DNA from: Haplodiscus bocki
Lineage: Eukaryota
Reading direction: 5' to 3'
NCBI GenBank assembly: GCA_965655095.1
Contig: OZ296652.1
Coordinates: 35,836,001 to 35,900,000 of the forward strand
Length of the DNA: 64,000 bases
A model generated the notes under the pieces. The model was not told where the DNA came from. It worked only from the letters and a program-made list of their open reading frames with translations, and made no database searches. Of the stretch, positions 9,300 through 21,913 are shown one piece after another; the first letter of the stretch is position 1; each line of letters starts with the position of its first letter. Both the position numbers and the translations under genes were made by a program.

Positions 9300-11299
9300 A
9301 GGAAGCCACTTTTTATCCAAGGCTAAAAGTTTTTAAACCTATAACTCGACTGAAACTGGTAAAACTCCTTGGGAACTCATTTGTTCAGGCTAATAATTCC
9401 GGAGCGAAAAAATTTGTACGAAAGACTGTTTACAAATTTGTTCAAAAAGACAAAGAGAACAATTTTCACAATTTTCAAAGCAAATGTACTAGTCACTACG
9501 CCCCGAAACTCATGATGATAAACACAGAAAGGAAAACTCATGAAAAAAGTAGTTTTCAAAAATATGTTATGATAACCTACTCATCCATAGTGGCAACGAT
9601 GTGATTCAAATGGCATCAGAGAGGGTCTAAACATTCCTATTTTGAGCTACATTCTGATTAAAAAGTCAAAACGTTGTTCATCTAACGCATACTAAGTAAA
9701 CAATCTAGAAAACTAAAATTTTTGTGAAAGTTTTGTCATATCCCCCGACGTCAGTATTATGAGATGCCAGCGAAGTTTGGACAATGAAGAAATTTTGTTT
9801 TCAATTTCATGCTGAAAATGGCCATTTTCCACAGGTTAAGTGAGTAAACTTCTCATAAGGTAAAGAAAAGAAACCAAAAGTCTTTGATAACTTTATGATA
9901 GCTCCCACTACGTAAAATAAGTCAAAAATATTTAAACGAAGAAAACGCAAAAATTTTCCTGGAAACGAAGTTGTAAGTAAACGCCTTTGAAATCAAAAAG
10001 GTCGTGAAATTCATATTCATACCCCCAAAAAAATTATCAATTGAGTTTATAGTTATAAACTCACTTCAATTGGAAGAAATCTGCGGAAAATGTTTTGTAC
10101 GGGTTGATGACTCCCGAGCAAAGAAAAATTGGGAAAACAATTGCACTATCCGAAAACCTCTTTCACTGTAGTCTGTGAAAGCAGAAAACGAAGTTGATCC
10201 CATGTTTCACCAAGAAGTTATTGGCGTTAAGAGTTGGCAAAGGTGAAAAACGTCATGTAAAAAACAAAAAAATACTTTTTCAAGCTAAACAGCCAACAAT
10301 GGTAAATTCTTGTCTGCTTTGGGAGAACAAGAATGGGGAAGCCCTAAAAAGGACCAAATGGAATTTCCAATGTATATTCCTCCGTCCAGCTAGAATTTGT
10401 GAAGAACATAAAGAAGACCAGTCTTCAGTTGCAATTGTAACAATTGAGCCGTTGTTGGAAAAAGTTAAACCTCTGATGAAAATAGAAAAATTTTTCAAAA
10501 ATTAAAATTTCATTTTTATTCTTGGCATTCTATTGGCCTGTCTGGTATTCGATGCTGAGGAACAAAAAAAGAGTCAAACTTGCTGGATAACCTCTTGTAA
10601 AATCTGATCAGTTCATGCAGACCATTTTTGAAAAAGTATACACAGTAGATTGCGGGAATATGTGTTTGGAAACCAATGGAAACCGTCACCAATGGAAATT
10701 TCGGAGTTTCAACTTATCAAGCCATTATCACAAGGAAGAAAATCTTAAGAAATTAAGTTTGCTGATTGACTATCTGCTTGGAGGAATCGTACCAACCGTT
10801 TCAGAGCAAGTTATGTTTGAAAGTTTGGAATACACTTGAGGTACTGGTTGACACTGTTGGCCTCACTTGAGTCCACTGGCACAACAGAACGGAAAAACTA
10901 GTTGTTGATAGCCTTTTTAACTCTTATGCTGCCTGTCCAGACAGAATTTGAAAAACAAATCGATCAATCTTGATTTTTGGACAAGGATAAACTGCAAAGT
11001 TGAGAAAAACTATTACTGTTTGAAGAACTTGCTTTTCCGCATGTCACGAATACAACCCCTTTAGCCTAACTCGTTTCTCTAAATCGTTTCACAATTCGAT
11101 TGTTGGATTTCAAGGACTGATGGAAAGAAAGCAACTTCTCAACTGCTAGTTAAGGCGAAGAATGTTTTTTTTTTATCCAGGAAGATCTTTAGCAATTGCG
11201 TGTTTTAGCAACTTCGCTTTATTACTTTTCAGATTTTGGAGAGCGAACAGCATGAAACTATAAATGATTGCTTTCCGCAAGTGGTGGGTAGTCAATCTT

Positions 11300-12732
11300 T
11301 CTGTCATGGCCGCAGAGACTCTATTTCTGAACCCTTGTCACCATGTCAGGGCCAACTTCTGGGCAAGAGTTTTGTGTAGTCTGGCTGCGGAAGATGCCTG
11401 CTTCAGGATGAAGATCGCTCTGGGAGTTGTCCTCAATCGTTCCCTGGTTTTCCACGTTTGTCTTCCGGAATGTTCCCGGAATGCTTCCGGAGTGCGTCCA
11501 TATCTGTGGGTTCAAAAAAAATTCGTCTTCTTTAGACAGAGCACCCATAATGCGGGACTCTGTCCTGCTGAACTCCTGGGACAGTTTTTTAGTAATCTGC
11601 CTTCAATCTACTCAGAAACTTGTGTGATATTTTCCTCGTTAATTCTGGGAACGGACGTGTTTCGTGATTGGCCGTTCCTAGGATGTTCCTCTTGTGTTTC
11701 TCTTGTAACGGCTGCCAACTTTCGCTTGTTTCTCAACGTTGCCATCTTTTGAAGGGAAAATGCTACGCAGTTATGAAGACTGAATTAGTTTTTATTTGGT
11801 AATCAAGTTGAGATTAAAACAAAAAATGTTATTCTTTACAATAAGCAACTAGTCGCAGTCAATACAGTCAACCGATAATCAAAGTGATATTAAAAATCTC
11901 TCTCTTAGTACTTTCATTTCTCTTATTTATACCCTTTCCATGGCGGGAAACATAATTGTTTACACGGCAAGTAAAGGTACAAAGTAGGAAAAAGTACTTT
12001 AATCATAATAAATACAAAGGAAATTTGCCGACTCTGGCGGGAAATAAACAACTTTCCCTCCATTTCTTCCTTTACATACCGGGTCTTTTCCATCTTTCGA
12101 CGGACAATTTACGGGTCTGATCAGTCGGAAATGGATATCAGAGTACTTATTCCCGCGCCGACACAAAAAATAATAACAGAAACAAAAGATCAAAAAAATT
12201 TCCATAAGAGGTAAGTATTAAAAAACGCACCAAAATTAGGTAAAATACACTAAAATAATCATAGAAAATCATAATTACATGCTTGGTGATACTAATGCAT
12301 CGATTAATTCCACTTCTAGAACGAAGCTAGGTTTTTTCCTAGTCCGTTCCTCGTTACTACAGGCCGGTTCCTCATTTTGGCCAAAGTATTCCGGAACGAC
12401 TACGTAGCCGCTTGTAGCACTGCTCGCCACAGGGCTGCTGAGAGGAATGAATTAGGTGGCTACGTAACCGTTCGGTGTTTGTCCAAAATGACACAGCATA
12501 ATAGCACAGCGGATTGGTTGAAATTTTAGTGACGTCACAAGATCCGTAGCAATGGAACGCGTTGGGAACAAAAATTCACTCCCAGTAGGTAGCTACTACG
12601 TGGATACGTGTCCGTTCCCTAACAGTTCCGTCCCAATCTGATTCAGTACACGGGAGTGCTACGTAAAAAAGACGTAGAATTTACATGAATTTTTACTGGG
12701 GAGTAATACGTATTTGATACGTATCAACTACA
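11300..12732 (-). mobile_element. Truncated 5' part of an LTR retrotransposon: putative LTR/leader plus degenerate gag-like leader ORF
   Basis: Minus-strand ORF from ~11745 reads MATLRNKRKLAAVTRETQEEHPRN...EGR/TKKLSQEFSRTESRIMGALSK..EFFLNPQ with one stop and one frameshift. Upstream is a TACGTA-rich segment starting TGTAGTTG at 12732. Assignment is by remembered resemblance only. Confidence 0.45.
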
Positions 12733-14449
12733 TAAAGCTGCGTTGATTTTTGACTGCAACATTAATATAGAAATGGAAAAGGAAAAGTTTAAAATTTTGA
12801 TACAGTTTCTTCTAATTTTCAAAGGATGCGGGGATGTCGTTTTCTTTCTTTATGCCCGTAGGCTTCGCAGATGTACGGCGGCACTTTCCTAAAAAAATTT
12901 TCGAGACTTTTGAATAGGAAATTCAAGAAAAACCAATAATTCCTGCACTTCCGGAACTATTGCTTGATCAATTTTCGGATCCAACTATCTAAACCCAATA
13001 TATCGTTTTTCAATGGTTTTCTTCAATTAGACGTTCCCAACGGACATCTTCTTGGATAAAATGCCGTACTCTAATTGCGGAAAGTTATTGTAATAACTGA
13101 AAACTCTGATTTGTTCCATTTGTATAGAATCTGATCTCAAAAAACAGGCCGGTGAACAAATTCTCGAACTTTCTAAGGCAGGAGAACTCAATAAAGACAT
13201 GGATGGAATGAATTGAACACCACTGAAGATCATCACTGATCGACCTTATTTGGCTTTTTTTCCATCTTTTTTTGATTGCTGCGGAGAAATTTCAAGGATG
13301 TCGTAATTGATATATTGGCCACAAGTAGAAAGTCTTTGATGTGAGAATTCGAGCCTCTACTGTTCAAGAGTAATGTTTCAGCACTTTCGGTTTATCAGTT
13401 TTCACGTTAAAGGAAATAAACGGGAGATATTCTGATCAAATGACCTTCTACATCTAGAGGAATTCCACTTGAGATGATGACGAAAGAAGTCCAATAGTTG
13501 GTTTCCAAAAACATCAATTCGGATATCGAGAAAGGATTGTTTTTGGTGCTTCTTGCATTTTCGACTGTTAGAAATGCACTGCAACTAATATAAACTATGT
13601 TTTTTTAAAAAAACTTTCCAACGTATGAAAGGCTGTACAAACGATCTGCTACGGAAAACATTGAGACGGTTGTTTTCGTGCAATCGATTTTTTCTGTAAG
13701 TTTGTTTTTTCTATCATAAATGTAATTGTTAGGTTCATAGTTTCTTTTAGCTTTTTCAGAAATTTTGGCAGAAGCCTGAAACGCAAGCCACAGTCTTGAA
13801 ATTTCTCGACCAATTGCATCTTTCTAAAAGTTTTGGAAAAACTTCAGAAGAGGTGGAAACAATATCTGTTGTATAAAAGGTGAGCAACTCCCTGTAGAAG
13901 TTGATGAAATCGTCACATACTTGTGAAAAATTTGAGTGACGATTGGGTTTTGACCAGGGTCTTTGTCGTCCGAATCTGGTCGACCGACTTTAACTGCTCC
14001 ACCCAAGCAGTCGAATAAGACGTCGAAAAGATCAAATGAGAGATTACTTGAGAAAACAATTTTAGATTGAAGAACTAGCGGAGAAAAAGTCTACATAATG
14101 AATTGAAACTCTGTAAGAAAACACGACTGAAAAAAGTTAGGACATCGACGATACTTGAGCTGATTATACTCTTGAGTACCATGATTTGCCGTTCATAATG
14201 TCGACCTTTGAAAGGCGAATAAACGGTCATCACAAAAATGTCCGTTTTTTAAGGCCAGCCAGGTAAACTAAACGGTTGCTCAGCCAGTGCTGCACATGCC
14301 CAATGGGTGATCTCAGAAAAGGTTGACATTAAGTGATTTTTTCCTTAAATGGAAGATACATTCGGAAGGACGTCCCATCAACAGCCTTGAACGCATTTAA
14401 CTCGAAGTAGTTACAATCTGTTGCACTATTTGACACATTTATGATTTCC

Positions 14450-14810
14450 CCTCTCACGGATGGTGTTGGGAGGTATCACGCGGTCACTAATGATTCTAAT
14501 GATAGAGTTATGGAAGTTTCAGGCAAGTCTGTGAGCAGGAGTTTGGAGGGAAATCAACGATCGCTGCGACTCGCCATTGGATTTAACCTGGATGATTTGC
14601 CTGGGATCAACCTGTCCATCACATGCGTCATTGTGGAAATCTGGGCATGGAGTGGTTCCAAATGAGTCTTACTCATTTCTTTGATCAAGCCAGAAGAGAA
14701 TTCTATGCCGGTTTTGTTATTGCGCTCGGCTGCGTTTCGTTCCTATATGGCGGTCGTTTGTTCCTCCTGTACGGACATTTTTGAACTAATTTTCAAACCG
14801 TACATATTGG
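14450..14810 (-). pseudogene. Degenerate retrotransposon leader/gag-like ORF fragment
   Basis: MYGLKISSKMSVQEEQ...EFSSGLIKEMSKTHLEPLHAQISTMTHVMDRLI, with stops. Confidence 0.3.
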
Positions 14811-15262
14811 CTCTTCCAAGGGATCTGCATTCAAGAGAAGATTCCATAGAGTCGGCAAAAAAGGTTACATAAGTTATTTTTACCAAACTTGTGTGTTATT
14901 CGAGTGTTTGTTTGGGCTTACAGAAGGAAAAAAGTTAGGCGAATAGTAATATAGTAAACCATGGATTTGCCACTGACCTCGATTCGCTCGCTTAGTAACA
15001 ACTCCGTAATCTACGCCGTCGCTCACTCGCTGCTCTCATTGGCCGGCTCGACACACCTCGCTTATATTATTGCTCAGCTCTTCGAACTTCGCTCTTTTTG
15101 ACTCGCTTCTATAAAGCTCGTAGGATGCTCGACCATGTCTCTCATAACAGATATACAATGACTTACCCGTCATTTTCCAACATATAACAATAATTCCCCA
15201 TTTACGTGAACAAAGAATTAAATAAAATTTTCACACGTACACTTTTACATTACAAGCCAGAC

Positions 15263-15430
15263 TGCACTACCAATTATGTCGACATAGTACACAAGACTGA
15301 AAAAATCACCACTACCAAATATGCCAACATAACGCATACACGAGATTGAAAAATTCACCAATACCAATTATGTCGACATAACGCATACACGAGACCGAAA
15401 ATTTCAACACTACCTATTATGTCGACGTAA
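15263..15430 (+). repeat. Subterminal tandem repeat, ~48-bp unit, ~3.5 copies
   Basis: Unit is approximately CACTACCAATTATGTCGACATAACGCATACACGAGA(T/C)TGAAAAATTCAC. A related copy lies in E1 at ~5225-5285 (minus). Confidence 0.85.
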
Positions 15431-16101
15431 GAGAATATGTACAATTATTCTAGTTTCTCTATCTCATATCTTCCACCTATAGCCTAGTGGTTTTTGTAAC
15501 GTTGACTAAAGTTAACACTATGCTTTATTAGTAGTCAAGGCGTTTGGGGTGAGCAATTAACCAACGTCTTCCCCTGTCATTGTCAACAACATGCACAAAA
15601 GCTATATGGAGGAACTGTCTATATCTTGAAGATTCAAAAAGTTGATTAGACCGATGATGGATATCACCAGGAATGGTCTGTGTAAGCTGTTTGAAAAAAT
15701 AGACATCAAATTTGGCCAGTGGAGTTTTGTAAAAATTTAATTCCAAGATATACTTCCAAGTAAAATTCTTTTTCATGAGCCTTTTCCAACATCCATCTAC
15801 GTCATGCAAAATGAAAAAGATTTCCTAAATCAAAACAACAAGATTTCACATATTCTCAGTTTTGAGACATCACTCTGAAAAATTGTCTATGACACAAGGG
15901 TATTCGAAATTTCAATTAATAACAAAAATTTAAATTTGATAGACTCGAATGAATTTTTATTGTTCATTTGTTATAAAACCAATTTCTCGAAAAATTTTTT
16001 TGATTCACATTTGGACAGCATTGTTTATAAATTGTTTTTTCAGAAACGAAATTAAAAACGTTGTCTGATTTTCTGGATTTTAAGAATAAGCACTGAAACA
16101 T

Positions 16102-16602
16102 TTATGTTGAATCTCTGTCGTAAACAATTTTACAATTAATAAAATCTTTGCAATGTTCAATAATATCAAAATCGTTTTCATCTGTAATATTATCACCTTC
16201 TAATTCATCATCTTTTTTATACAAATAGTCACACTCGTTTTTTTCTGTTGAAGAGTTATAGTTTTGAATAGGAAAAAATTTTTGATCAAGCATAAAGTAA
16301 AAATTTTCCTCACCGTAAGCAAATGGGAATTTAACATCGTTAAAACCGTGATCTGAAGAAGAATCTTTTTTTCCAAAAGTTTTGAATTTTTCCCCTACAC
16401 AAATACATTTTTCATTTTCAGTTTCAAACAGAACATTTTCATCGTCTGGTTTTCTAATGTGATAATCTTCTGTGTGTTTTTTTGCTTTAAACAAAGTCAA
16501 ATAATTAAAACTCATAAGTATTTCAATTTCATGATGCGGATTATCTCTCATTGGCATTTCATAAATCTGAGATATGCCTGAAACACTAAAAATTAAAGTC
16601 AT
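16102..16602 (-). CDS. Viral hypothetical protein resembling an NCLDV-type family
   Basis: 166-aa ORF with VLFE..NEKCICVGEK..TF...GFNDVKFPFAYGEENFYFM. It resembles a giant-virus motif (Y.Y.G..IY.F...GN.DVPYP.A.G..N.Y.M) recalled from memory. Confidence 0.5.
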   Translation of the reverse strand: MTLIFSVSGISQIYEMPMRDNPHHEIEILMSFNYLTLFKAKKHTEDYHIRKPDDENVLFETENEKCICVGEKFKTFGKKDSSSDHGFNDVKFPFAYGEENFYFMLDQKFFPIQNYNSSTEKNECDYLYKKDDELEGDNITDENDFDIIEHCKDFINCKIVYDRDST

Positions 16603-16860
16603 ATAGGTATTTAAAAGGATTATGCGTTAACACATAGGTTTCAGGGTTTTTCAATCCTGGTGTTTTGAAGTCATGAACTGTTTCCTCCACTTTATCGTTC
16701 ATTTTTTTTTATAAATGTGAACATTAAATTGAATTAACTTGAAGATTATGTCAACTTTGTTGATACCACAATGAAACAAAGTACATACTTTAAAATAATT
16801 ACATTTTTCTTTGCTTCTGTTACACCTTTGTTTTTATTTTTTCGCTTATCCAAATACCTA

Positions 16861-17385
16861 AACGAATAACACTTTTTGTCAAGAAGAAAAATCTAAAACA
16901 GGTAATCTTGACTCCAAGTTGATAGTACGTCAAAATAAACTAGGTTTAAGGGCTGCTTTATGGAGATCAACTCCATCAACCCAAAATTTAGACAGGATTA
17001 AATAGCCAAGGATTTAAGTTGTTCAAGTAGTACTTTAAAGCGATATAGAAACGATATAAGTATGCTTTCAACTTATAGAATTCCACCGAATAGTCAAAAA
17101 AGAAGACAAAATATTTCAAACACAAAACTCAATGATAATTCAAAACGTGAACATGACGCTCAAGACGTCAAATAACCTCAAATGACCTTAAAAAACCACA
17201 AATGACATCAAAAGACCACAAATGACCTCAAATGACCTCGCAAAACCTGAAACAAAAAAAGAATCTACCGTTAAAAGTGTATCTAGTAAGAGAAACAAAA
17301 ACATTCCAAAAGCTGGATCTGTGCATGAGAATATTGAATCAACGCTGAAAATTTAGATGAAATTCTCCATAATAATGACCTTTGA
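16861..17385 (+). pseudogene. HTH-containing protein with short peptide repeats
   Basis: RQD*IAKDLSCSSSTLKRYRNDISM is an HTH-like motif, followed by AAATGACC(T/A)C repeats at ~17170-17240 encoding (P)QMTS repeats. Confidence 0.55.
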
Positions 17386-18139
17386 ATGGATTTAGCAATG
17401 CAAATTATCTCTAATGATCAAACTGTAATAAACAAGACAGTACAAGATTTAAAAGACTTTAATTCACAACCTTTAGCTACAGAAATTTAAAAAAGAGAGT
17501 AGCTAGTTTCTATGATGACAGCTGTTAGAAAAGCTTTTGATTTATTGCTTGATGATATAGTAGAATTATCTACAGAAAACGAATCTTTGAAAAATAAAAT
17601 AGGCTTTTACGATGCAAAATGATTAGGAGAATCTGAAGCAAAGCTATTAAAACAGATTGATGATGAAAAAAGAATTTAGTTATGTCTAGAACACAAAACA
17701 GATGAAAAATCATTAAATAATTGGCATGTATATCTCATAACAAATTATAGGATTAAGACTTTGATAATATCGATTTCCAAAAGAATAAAATGCAAGATAT
17801 CAACCTTAATCAATTAAAACTTGAAGTACAAGATACTGACAAAAAAGATGAAAAAAACAACAAACTTTGAAGCTGTTAATAATGAAGATGTTATGAACAA
17901 AACTTGTCTAGACGAAAAATTATCATAAATACAAGGTCAGACCTCACATATAGAAAAAGATTACAACGAATTTAAATTACACATCAAACAAGACTTTCTA
18001 ATTGAAAGAGCAATTAGAACAGCAATAAGAATTTCAAATGATAAGGGATTATTTGATAATTACAATAATGAAAATGCACATGAATTTTTAGAAAAGTATC
18101 AACTTATTGAAAGACGTAGACATGATATAGAGGAAGTAA

Positions 18140-18563
18140 ATGGTGTCATTCAAGGATTTTGTTCGTAAATATAAGTTGAAAAATAAAACAACATCAAATA
18201 CAAAAGTTTTTCAAGCGCTTTCTTCGATTGGATTAGACATTGTTGATATATACCTGAGAGCCGGACCATTTTGAAGTGATATAGGAATCGTTAATTTGCA
18301 TTCATCAAAAGCAACACATTGGGTTGTGTATATAAGCGAAAACTTTTTTGATAGCTATGGTTGTGCTCCCTCTCACAAACTATCTAAATTTAGTATAAAA
18401 CGAAACGGACATTGTTTATATTCAGAATTTAAAATACAAGGTCTGACAAATAAAAGAGATTTTTTTTGCAAGTGAATGTTCAGATATAATTTACTTGACA
18501 AAAGTTATAGGAATAGATTTTAAATCTGCTGTTTTGAAATTATATTATCAAACAATTTCATGA
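18140..18563 (+). pseudogene. Adenain-like cysteine maturation protease
   Basis: GIVNLHSSKATHWVVY (catalytic His), FFDSYG (Asp), KIQG...FC (Gln/Cys). One stop and one frameshift. TAAATG start. Confidence 0.88.
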
Positions 18564-18760
18564 ATATAAAAGACGTTTCAGAAAATAACAGTTGATAATA
18601 GCGTAAAATAGGTTCGACAAAGTAAACATTTTCAAGAGAGAGAAAATACCCCAGACAAAATAAAGACTAAGTCACTTCCTCGCAAACAAAACAGAAAAGT
18701 TTCACAAAACAATAAAAATTTCATAAAAAATATAACAAGACAAGGCTTCAGAATACTCAA

Positions 18761-19850
18761 ACGAACATTCAATTCTGACTTTCAATCAAAAAACATAATA
18801 TTTCACTTTTTGAACAAACAAAAACTAAACCACAAGAAACGCTTGAACTTAAAAAGAATAAGCAAATAGAAAGTTTTTCTTTTCCATCAACTATAAACTC
18901 AGCTGAAGAATTTGAATGGATGTTCGCAGCAACTTCTTCTGAAGCAACCAGTTCCGTTTTTAACATAACCAATGAAAACAACAGTTTTTCAATTACTATA
19001 CCTAGTCATTGGAACTCCAAATCAGTCGAAAAAGCTTTTGACGAACTATTTAAATTGATAGAGCTTAGATCTGAAAATGATTTTGAAATACATTTTGAAC
19101 AAGTTAGAAACACAGGGATAACTTTGATAAATGACTGCTCTTTATCCGGTCTGGGGACTTTTAAAAACGAAATACTTGAAGAATTAAAAAAGTAAAAGGC
19201 AATGATCTTGAGGATCTGTTATATTGAAAGCAAGTAACATATGGTGAAAATACAGATATTTTAGACCTAAAATATATTCCATCTAAAAGAACAAGCTATT
19301 CCTCAAAACCAGGCAGATATGAAAATAGCGCTTGAGACAAAACCCTACAGTATATTTTACCCGATAATCTAAAAGTAAGTAATACAATTGTTGATATTAG
19401 ATTGAAGTCCAATTTAGATAAAAATCAGGTTTTAAAATCAGGTTTAAAAAGTGACTTTTTTCTACATAATACTAGGTTTTATACAATCTCAGTCAGGAGT
19501 TTCGGGTGATATTGATGGTTTCTTTCAACATTCAATTGATACCATGATCGTATAAAAGTGACCAACCTATTAACATTACTGGAATTTTTAAAATTCATTT
19601 AAAAAGTGATTGTTTTATTTGAAGTATAGTAAATGGCATCCGAGAACCTATTTTGTAAATTTTTGCTCTCTGTTCGCCATCTGGTCATAAAATAAACAAA
19701 GAACCAAAGATTATTTAAATTGAAAATATAAATGAATCGGTGTTATCTCATATCGCAATTTGTTTAGAAGATGATGACCACTAACCCGTTGATTTCAATG
19801 GAGAAACGATATCAATCACTTGTCAATTGAAGAAAATAAAAAGAAAATAT
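18761..19850 (+). pseudogene. Minor capsid (penton-like) paralog A
   Basis: KTKPQETLE...SVFNITNENNSF...PINITG.KIHLKSDC..SIVNGIREPIL...LEDDDH.PVDFNGETIS; multiple stops. Confidence 0.8.
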
Positions 19851-19853
19851 CAA

Positions 19854-20944
19854 ATGAATTTAGACATGGTTCCATTTAAAAATAAAACCGAAGACTTATT
19901 ATTTTCAATAACTAAAAATTGTAAAACGCTTATTCACCAAGCCCATAAAAGACCACAAGAAACATTTGATTTTCAACTCACCAAACCCGGAGAAAAATTT
20001 TCATTTAAACCACCTATTAATCATGGTCTTAACTCTAAATGGATGGTTGGATTACCAGGTTTAAAGTATATAATTTTGTTTTTAATATAACACATGAAAA
20101 TAACGAATTCGAACTTTATTCAGATACTTTTGATGAGTTTTCATTTGTTGAATTGAAAAATGAACTTGAAGAGATTGTTAGTACTTCAGATATATCACCC
20201 GGAGCTCCAAAAGATGATGAACTAGGAGCACCTCTTCTTAAAGCATATAGAAAATTAAACTTAGAAAAATCGAACACCGATGGTTAAATTATCTTATTAA
20301 TGGCCTATTATATGTCACCATTTCGAGATTTTGAAAGTTATCTTAGAATTAAAGGTTGTTTGAATGAAGATGATATTACCTTAATTTTATAACAATATAC
20401 TTCAGTTTCTGTCACTAATGAAAAACCTCCAGGATTTTACTGACTTAAAGACTTTTCAGAGGTTGTTTACAAAAAAGGTGATCGCCGAGGCACCCTACAA
20501 CTTGAAAATGATGATGTTAACATGAAAACAAAACTTACTTCAAAAAATTTTACTAGAACTATTGCTTTTATTGGAACGTTGAGATTTGATAAAACATCTT
20601 TTTTAGATACAATTTTATGTTTCGAACCATATTGGGATTACAAACCTCATCACACATCGACTAGTGAAAAAATTTAAAGGTTAAGTAAATGAATGAAATT
20701 CTTAGAAAGTGTGATATTATTGATGACTCTGTAGTAAATGGACTACGTTAACCTATGCGTTTTGGTTTTATATTAGACAGACCAGCAGGTTAGAAAGTTT
20801 TTTGTGAGCCTGAAACAATTCATTATAGGAAAATAAACAAATCTATTTTGAACAGTATATCATTCTATCAGGAATATGATAATCACCAATTCTACTCTTA
20901 ACCAAGAAACGTTCACTTTTACATTACATTTAATCAAAATCTGA
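19854..20944 (+). pseudogene. Minor capsid (penton-like) paralog B
   Basis: KRPQETFDF...VFNITHENNEF...CDIIDDSVVNGLR.P...KVFCEPETIHY.KINKSIL...ETFTFTLHLIKI*; frameshifts. Confidence 0.8.
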
Positions 20945-20949
20945 ACCAA

Positions 20950-21366
20950 TAAACGAGCTTTCAAAAAATTAATACTTCTGGTTATTGCGTTGGTCAAAAG
21001 CACTACTCTGCGACAAAAAACGTTGATGGTGAAATAAAATTTGACAAAAAAAACTGGTAGAGAAATTAGGATTTTAGTTGGACAATGTTCATTATGTAAT
21101 AGAAAAAAATCAAAGACTGTTTGTGATAAAACAATAAAAACTGAAGGTATCAGAATCTTTTTCAAGAATCTAGGGAGAAAAGGACTAAATTTATCAAAAA
21201 AAAGGCTAAAAATGTATTTAAAAATCCTTCACGGGCCATGGATATTACAACAAACATAGCTAGCGCAGCTGCAAGCAGAAATCATAAAAGTGTTTTGTCA
21301 ACATTACCTGAAGTGACAAATTTTTATCATACATGTAAAGGTTTACACTGAGGCAAATTCGTGTGA
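20950..21366 (+). pseudogene. Zn-ribbon plus amphipathic-helix protein (candidate membrane-active, adenovirus pVI-like role)
   Basis: YCVGQKH...LVGQCSLCNRKKS...EGIRIFFKNLGRKGLNLSKK/AKNVFKNP...FYHTCKGL. Confidence 0.55.
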
Positions 21367-21380
21367 ATAATCCTATATAA

Positions 21381-21913
21381 ATGGAACAAAAAACAACAAA
21401 GCTATACCCGTCTGCACCACTTTTAGAAAATATTGATTTAGAACAACGATTGAAAATAAAATAAACGACGTAAATGGTTTTATTAATTCAATTAATGACA
21501 TTAAAGAAAGGATTACTTGCTTCAAAGATAAAAATCATAAATTAAAAAGAAATTTAAAAAATATAAAAAGATAACTACAATATTGAAATCAATTGATACA
21601 GTTGTTACTAATGCCACGACATCTAGTTCTATTACGTTGTCTCTAACAAGAATAGGTCTGATAGCGTTAACAATATCAACAGCATCAGGTTGTGCAAGTG
21701 TCAATTGGTATTGAAGTATTCTATGAGATAGTTATGCAAAAGTATAATTAGTACAAAAAACAATACGAAGAAGATCAACAAACAATTAACTCTTTTGATA
21801 AATTATACCGCAAAAGTTTACAAGACAATGTGATTGACAAAAATGAATACGAACCTCTATGTAATGTATTTACTAAATATTTGGAGGAAACAAAAAAAGC
21901 AACTTTTCGATAA
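21381..21913 (+). pseudogene. Membrane protein with N-terminal LYPSAPL motif and a hydrophobic hairpin
   Basis: MEQKTTKLYPSAPLLE...TTILKSIDTVV.NATTSSSITLSLTRIGLIALTISTASGC...SLQDNVIDKNEY. TAAATG start. Confidence 0.65.

Noticed and set aside
10500-11050. Possible degenerate Gypsy integrase (PLAQQNG resembles PQSNG)
   Set aside because: Too few conserved residues to support a call.
15263-15430. Possible CRISPR-like array
   Set aside because: Contiguous tandem units without unique spacers, eukaryotic context, and no cas genes.
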